Positions 58,934 through 64,000 of a stretch of DNA of 64,000 bases are shown here, piece by piece. The notes beneath the pieces were generated by a model. That model was given only the letters and a program-made list of their open reading frames with translations. It was not told where the DNA came from and ran no database searches. Numbering within the stretch: position 1 is the first letter of the stretch; each line of letters opens with the position of its first letter. This stretch comes from Vulcanimicrobiota bacterium (GTDB lineage Bacteria > Vulcanimicrobiota > Vulcanimicrobiia > Vulcanimicrobiales > Vulcanimicrobiaceae), in assembly GCA_963714015.1 (NCBI GenBank), contig OY970223.1, positions 2,816,001 through 2,880,000 on the forward strand, in the 5' to 3' direction. Position numbers and translations under genes: made by a program.

Positions 58934-60516
58934 GTGCTCGCCGACGCGCTCTGCCCCGGCGCGCCAAGCAGTTCATTTATCGCCACACGGGGCACATCGA
59001 GTTCCATGGACAGTGTTCGCCGGTCTTCATCAGAACTAAACTCCGATCGAATCTCTTGCGGCACCGCAGATTCAATCAAACGTAACGGATCGTGCCAGTG
59101 CGAGAATTGTGGCGTCGATTCCAGATACTCGTCTGCGAGGTCATGCTCTTCTTCATCGGTGCCGTCCTCACGGGACTCTTTGTACTCGTAATCGATACGG
59201 GGATTAAAATAATATAATAGCGGAGCGAAAACGGAAGAAGCCATTTCTCTCCAAGCCAAAAATGGTCCTAACGGCACCATCTCCGCAATGCCACGCCATG
59301 TATTGATAGGCAAGATCGTCGGCTCAGCATTACTTGCCTTCACAAGCAACGTCCAGTCTCTGCGCAACAACGGTGGAATAGTAAATGGAGTGGTGGCGCG
59401 CAGTCCAAAATCGCCGCATTCCAGCGACAATGCCTCCACATCGGGATGGCCATTTCCGAGCAGAAAACGCAGATTTCGAATGACTTTGTCGTACAATGCG
59501 TCGTTGCGTGCCCATGCATACTTCTCCGGATGGAGAAAGACCGACTGGCTGCCTTTTGCTGAGGACTTCGACACGTAACTTTGAGCGGCATTATCGTACG
59601 TGCGTGCCATTAACATCAAGTGAGCGCCGTAAATGCCAAGCATCGGGTTCACAAATTTTTGCGTGAGGAGACCGTCTAGCAGTTCGCCGACCCGATCCGA
59701 AAACAGGGCGCGTTCTTCGGTGAGAGCAAGACGGACGATTTCCGCGTCCTGAAGCATCGAATCTGACGGGTCGAAGCCATCGCCGATTTTCGCCATTGAC
59801 ACCGCCATGTCGGAAAGCATGGCAAACGTTTGACCATGAATGTCGGGCGTCCATCCGGCGGGTTCATCATTATCTGACGGTAGGCTCCTGGTCAAAAGGA
59901 ATATCTGAGTCTGCCACCCGGGACTAGCATAAACGGTCTGTTCAATAGCGGTCTCGTCGCTGTACTGGCTCCGAAGTATATATGCGCCACGATCCAGGGC
60001 GACGGTGCATGCGGACCATGGATCGTCCGTTAAGTCGAGAACGCCCTGCTTGCCATAGTCGGCGATCAAAGTACCGTCTTGGCTGTGCAAGGTGATCGAT
60101 TTCCCAGGAGCGTTACGCGACTCGCTACGAGAGCCGACGCTGTAATGACGCGCCATTACGAAAACCTGGGAGATCCCTTGTCCGGCTGATACGTGGATCA
60201 TTTGCGATTCCCGGCGGGCCGCCTCGATTTGGTATTCATGAGTTTCCGCTGTGCCATCAAGGGGCATAGGCGTCAGAATTTTCGGTGCTTGAAGATGCAC
60301 CGTGGCGTCCTCGTTGTACAATCCTACAGTCTCGTTTTCGTGCCTTCCAAGCCGCGTCTTTATTTTGTAGATGCCCGGCACGGCCCTCGTGCTGAGGTTT
60401 CCTATCCCTCTTGCGAGAAGTTCGTAGGAAGCCGTAATCAAGAAGATCTCAGCAAAAGGATTGTCAACTGAAATGGCAATCTCTATAGACGATGCCTTGC
60501 TCGCAGTTGTTGTCAT
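58930..60516 (-). CDS. Hypothetical protein (528 aa) with a PEGA/Ig-like N-terminus
   Basis: Long ORF with ATGA overlaps at both ends; N-terminal strands ending AVPGIYKIKTRLG. Confidence 0.8.
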   Translation of the reverse strand: MTTTASKASSIEIAISVDNPFAEIFLITASYELLARGIGNLSTRAVPGIYKIKTRLGRHENETVGLYNEDATVHLQAPKILTPMPLDGTAETHEYQIEAARRESQMIHVSAGQGISQVFVMARHYSVGSRSESRNAPGKSITLHSQDGTLIADYGKQGVLDLTDDPWSACTVALDRGAYILRSQYSDETAIEQTVYASPGWQTQIFLLTRSLPSDNDEPAGWTPDIHGQTFAMLSDMAVSMAKIGDGFDPSDSMLQDAEIVRLALTEERALFSDRVGELLDGLLTQKFVNPMLGIYGAHLMLMARTYDNAAQSYVSKSSAKGSQSVFLHPEKYAWARNDALYDKVIRNLRFLLGNGHPDVEALSLECGDFGLRATTPFTIPPLLRRDWTLLVKASNAEPTILPINTWRGIAEMVPLGPFLAWREMASSVFAPLLYYFNPRIDYEYKESREDGTDEEEHDLADEYLESTPQFSHWHDPLRLIESAVPQEIRSEFSSDEDRRTLSMELDVPRVAINELLGAPGQSASAST

Positions 60517-61540
60517 ACTGAGAACGTAAGCACTACGGTGCCGTTGTCTTGTGCGGCGTAGTTTCCGGGCTTAAGCTTCACTGTCGCTCGTCCGTCTTCA
60601 ACCCTTGCTGATGCAACCCTTATTGCGGGGTTGCCACCCAAAATCTGTAGCAGCGTCCCATTAGGCACTCCAGTCTACACTTAGGGTTTTCGATTCCAAG
60701 TCACTTGCCGGGGCGAACAGCAGTTTGTCGTCAAAGCCGAAGTCAGGTTCCATCGAAACGATCCTACTCTTTCGGTCGTTGTCAGGAAGATAATCTTTCA
60801 TACGATTGATGAGATAGCGCTTGAGGCTGGTGCTCGTGACGTTGCCGTACTCATCCGCCGCCACATCCAAGCCTCTTAGCAATGCATATGTGAACACGCC
60901 GTGAACTAAACCATCCGGCATCTTCGCCTCGACGGACACGAGTCTTGAACCGCGCGGAATACGCTGAGAACACTCGGCAAGCCGAAGAATTGCCGTGCAC
61001 CCGACGGAAACTCGGCAATTGCGGAACGACCGTCATCTGGTAGTTCATGCAGCAGTCCATCCACAATACGAACTCATCGAAGTACGCGGCGTTATAGAAC
61101 CAATCCAACCAGGCAGTAGCGTACACGTGCTCAGTTTGGACGCTGGTGGCATTGGCCGCGAATATCGCGCCGTGGGCACGAGCAGGCGCAAATCCATGAC
61201 CGCTCATATACACGTAGAGCCGCCGGCCGACGGGCGGGTTCGCGTTGGCGTTTACCTGTGCCAATGATTCTAGGCGTGCGAACTCGCCAACAACGTTCGC
61301 GGTTGCGGGCACGGCCGTCGCAACCGAGTAATTCGGCGGCAAGGGGTCAGGCGAACAAACAAGCCTCGCTCGCGTGGGATCCAATCCGCCTTTTCGCGGA
61401 TGAATTAACCATTCGTGGATAGCAACTGCATCGTTGATGGGTCCCCGCAAATCCTGTGGCTCGGCAGGCGTCGAACCAAAGCCTGGATAATTCGCGATTC
61501 CCACTACGATTGCGTAGTCGGTCGGATTCAAGGCCGGCAT
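60513..61540 (-). CDS. Caspase-like (C14) peptidase (frameshifts near 60942 and 60676)
   Basis: YAIVVGIANY..LRGPINDA, catalytic SGHG and MDCC, HGVFTYALLRGL. The tail TGVPNG..VKLKPGNYAA..LTFSV* ends overlapping the next ATG. Confidence 0.9.
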
Positions 61541-61622
61541 TGGCGTCAGTGCGCGGACCGCTGCTTATTGCACATCGTCGGCTTCATGCCCAGATGACGC
61601 GGACCATGCGCGCTGCTCCGAC

Positions 61623-62120
61623 TCAAAACCATGGCTCTAAAAATGCCCGGCGCGGACGCGCGGGGCTTTGGATCATTGCAGCCGCTCCTGGGGGGCCTCC
61701 TCCGGGCGCGGGTGCGCCGGCTGGAGCGCCGAGGCTCGCCCTGGGATTGCCCACGCCGTTTGCATTTCCAGCGACAGATGTTGCGCCAGACGCCGTTGCA
61801 AAGATCAGAAAGCCATTTAGCACGCCCATCAGATAGTCGACGCCGCCTGGCGGAGGCCCGTCCGGAACGGTGAGCGTCGGCGCAACGTACACCCCGATAC
61901 ATCCTACTAAGACCGACAGAGCCAGGCCAAGCCATCGCGGATTGAAGTTGAAAGCGCGCTGCAAACCATTTGAGACAACAAATACGATTGTGCTCGCGCT
62001 CGCCAGCGACGCAAAGCTAATTAAGGTGAAGAACTGACTCGAAGCTGTACCGCCCTCCGTGGGCGTCGTGGTACTCGTTTGTGATTGAAGAAACGCAATC
62101 ACGAAATGATAGTGCATCAT
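61623..62120 (-). CDS. Small three-TM membrane protein with a G/P/A-rich tail
   Basis: Three hydrophobic segments; tail GAPAGAPAPGGGPPG..RRAFLEPWF; ATGA overlap upstream. Confidence 0.75.
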   Translation of the reverse strand: MMHYHFVIAFLQSQTSTTTPTEGGTASSQFFTLISFASLASASTIVFVVSNGLQRAFNFNPRWLGLALSVLVGCIGVYVAPTLTVPDGPPPGGVDYLMGVLNGFLIFATASGATSVAGNANGVGNPRASLGAPAGAPAPGGGPPGAAAMIQSPARPRRAFLEPWF

Positions 62121-63226
62121 GACACCTCCGATCGCAACGTTGTTGCAGTCCGTTTCCGGGTCGCGACATTGGCTTGAATCTGTGCCTTCCCTAGCGCTTC
62201 CAAGATCGGCTTTATTTCCCCTACCCCGTAGAGTTTGCCTGGTTCGAGCGGGTTACGGGCTGGATGCAGCGGAACGATAATGTCGCTAGCGTCGTCTGCG
62301 CTCTTGAGCCACAGCACCACGACGTGTATGCTGGGCATCCTTAAGAGACGACTCTCTCTCAGCGTGTGGTCGGCCCGCAAACGCGAACGCGTGTCACTTA
62401 TCCGCTGTAAAGTATCACCGACTTGCGGACCGCTAGTGATAGTTGCGTCTCGAAACGCGCCATCGACATCGTATACATCGATAGCGTAGGGACCATCTGA
62501 AGACTGGCTGAGCTGCTGCCAACCTACCGAAACGGCCTTGTCCAAGTTAAAATCGTTCGCTAAATCAGCAAGTCGCATGGCATAAATTTGGCTTACGCTT
62601 TGTCGATCACCCTTGCTAGGCGCTCGCGCTCTTCGCTTCTTAGGCGATCTTCGTGGTTTGGCCGTGAAGTTGTCAAATGTGGAAGCCACTGCGGTTGGCG
62701 GCATCGCGTGCGCAATCGAATCTTGGGCTACGTTTGCGAATGTCTGCGTGTAGTAGGTCGATACCCAACTCCAGCTTCCAAGATATTTATTGCAGAAGTC
62801 ATCGTAACCGCACGGTGCGATAGTGCCGTGTTCGGGATCGCAGATTTGTAGCGTCGCCGGAGACGTTGATGCCGCCGAGATTACGACGAAGTGATCGGTG
62901 CCGTCAAAGTCTACGCCGGCCGCGACAGGGCGGCCGGCTTGCAACTCTTGCACGATCTGGTCTACCGGAATCGTTCCGGACACCGGTGCGTTGAGGTTCT
63001 GCGTACTGGATAGCGCGGCATCGAGTGCGGCCGGCTTGTTGCATGCTGCGTTCTTGGGGCAGCAGCCGGAAATTTGGAGAACTTCTTGGGCGAGGCTACA
63101 CTGCGACCAAGGGCTTCTGTTGGGATCGTAAAACCGTGACACGCTCACCGCAACCGCAGCCCAACACCACTGGTCTTGGAGTTGCTGTTGGATGCTAAAC
63201 GCTACGCTGGCCTCCCAGTTGCTCAT
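62117..63226 (-). CDS. Papain-like cysteine protease (C39/AvrRpt2-like) fused to a second domain
   Basis: QQQLQDQWCWAA (Cys), DHFVVI (His) and ICDP (Asp); C-terminal domain VGWQQL..RLLRMPSIHVVVLWL..IIVPL. Confidence 0.85.
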   Translation of the reverse strand: MSNWEASVAFSIQQQLQDQWCWAAVAVSVSRFYDPNRSPWSQCSLAQEVLQISGCCPKNAACNKPAALDAALSSTQNLNAPVSGTIPVDQIVQELQAGRPVAAGVDFDGTDHFVVISAASTSPATLQICDPEHGTIAPCGYDDFCNKYLGSWSWVSTYYTQTFANVAQDSIAHAMPPTAVASTFDNFTAKPRRSPKKRRARAPSKGDRQSVSQIYAMRLADLANDFNLDKAVSVGWQQLSQSSDGPYAIDVYDVDGAFRDATITSGPQVGDTLQRISDTRSRLRADHTLRESRLLRMPSIHVVVLWLKSADDASDIIVPLHPARNPLEPGKLYGVGEIKPILEALGKAQIQANVATRKRTATTLRSEVS

Positions 63227-63242
63227 TTTGAAAAGCGGCCAG

Positions 63243-64000
63243 TCAAGGCTTTTTGGGTGTTTGTCCGGACGTAGCAGTACCTTTCGTGTTCTTAGTGGAC
63301 GTTTGAGGTGACTTTGTGCTGTTGCCGTTTTCGGTTGGAAAGATCGGAATGCTAAAGGCGAAGCCGAATCGGTTCGTAGCCTGTGACGTCGTCGAAATGC
63401 TAGTTCCGGAGGGCACGATTTGATTTACCATGTAGCCGTTCAGCGAGTTAACATCGGCGCGAAATATGCCTAAACTAAAATAGAAGGATTGATTTAGAGA
63501 GGCGCTCAACCCGATCATGCCGCTGGCGAACTGTTGCTGAGATGTGGTAATAGCAAACGTTGCGTGCAACGCCCAAGGGCTCGGGTTGCTTGTAAGGCGA
63601 TAGTGCACCATTTGCGTCATCAGGAATGGTTGGCCCGAGTCTTGCCTATTCGGCTGGATTTGCGTCACGTTGCTCGTGCCGGACATCGTTGTGCCGGTTT
63701 TCCACGATCGATTCGGAATGTTGCTATAGCCGATGCCGTGTGTAGATGTGATTCTGCTAGGCCCCACAAGAACCAGCAAATCCTTTTTAAATACGGCCGC
63801 ATCGGAAGATGAACTGTCGGACGTATCCGAGTTGTTGTCGCCTGTCGTTGCGCCGGTTGAAGGCGTCGAGCCTTGACCTCCTCCCGTTGCGCCGCCGGAT
63901 GTCCCTGCGTCGGTGGAGGACTTGTCTTGGGCGTCTGTCGTCGCGCTGGTTGTCGACGTCTTGTTCACTGCAGAACCCGAAGCGGCGGCGCTTTTGACGA
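63243..64000 (-). CDS. Hypothetical, probably exported protein (5' end beyond the window)
   Basis: The frame is open to the edge; S/T/G-rich linker followed by amphipathic beta-strand-like segments (FYFSLGIF, FGFAFSIPIF). Confidence 0.7.
   Translation of the reverse strand, partial: VKSAAASGSAVNKTSTTSATTDAQDKSSTDAGTSGGATGGGQGSTPSTGATTGDNNSDTSDSSSSDAAVFKKDLLVLVGPSRITSTHGIGYSNIPNRSWKTGTTMSGTSNVTQIQPNRQDSGQPFLMTQMVHYRLTSNPSPWALHATFAITTSQQQFASGMIGLSASLNQSFYFSLGIFRADVNSLNGYMVNQIVPSGTSISTTSQATNRFGFAFSIPIFPTENGNSTKSPQTSTKNTKGTATSGQTPKKP

Larger units (their letters stand above)
34541..64000. mobile_element. Accessory / defence-like genomic island (runs off the right edge)
   Basis: Abrupt switch from core genes to HNH, NERD, UDG, SEFIR, AbiTii, caspase, IS and gene fragments, with visibly AT-richer blocks. 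No integrase lies in the window. Confidence 0.75.

Noticed and set aside
58930..62120. Bacterial gasdermin next to the caspase
   Set aside because: Neither neighbour has the size or beta-rich pattern of a gasdermin that I can recognise.
1..64000. CRISPR array, tRNA or rRNA genes
   Set aside because: No repeat-spacer series was seen (the 34584 repeats are only two copies, 9 bp apart), and no cloverleaf or rRNA-like stretch.

Overview
High-GC bacterial chromosome segment. Gene content suggests a Terrabacteria diderm such as Candidatus Eremiobacterota (inference, not verified). Left half (1-34.5 kb): a flagellar cluster on the minus strand (flgF-G-A-H-I-J-N-K-L, fliW, csrA, fliC, three glycosyltransferases, flaG, fliD, fliS) with four sigma28-type promoters. 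It lies next to sugar-modification and sulfation genes (methyltransferase, rffA/wecE, cysD-cysNC-tauE, sulfotransferase) and is followed by a GT39 gene and two ABC peptide-binding lipoproteins. Right half (34.5-64 kb): an accessory, defence-like island. It contains a four-fold tandem winged-HTH gene and a truncated paralogue, both followed by the same ~45-bp non-coding motif; an HNH gene split by a 1-kb insert with 8-bp direct repeats; NERD-like, UDG-like, DUF5677-like, ASCH and SEFIR genes; a 3.8-kb cargo-carrying ISL3 element with an exact 8-bp target duplication that splits an AbiTii gene; an orphan ISL3-type end; and a tightly coupled papain-like protease / membrane protein / caspase / unknown / M12 metalloprotease operon. 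At least 13 genes carry small indel frameshifts, most likely long-read assembly errors. No tRNA, rRNA or CRISPR array was found. All domain calls come from motif recognition by eye, not from database searches.
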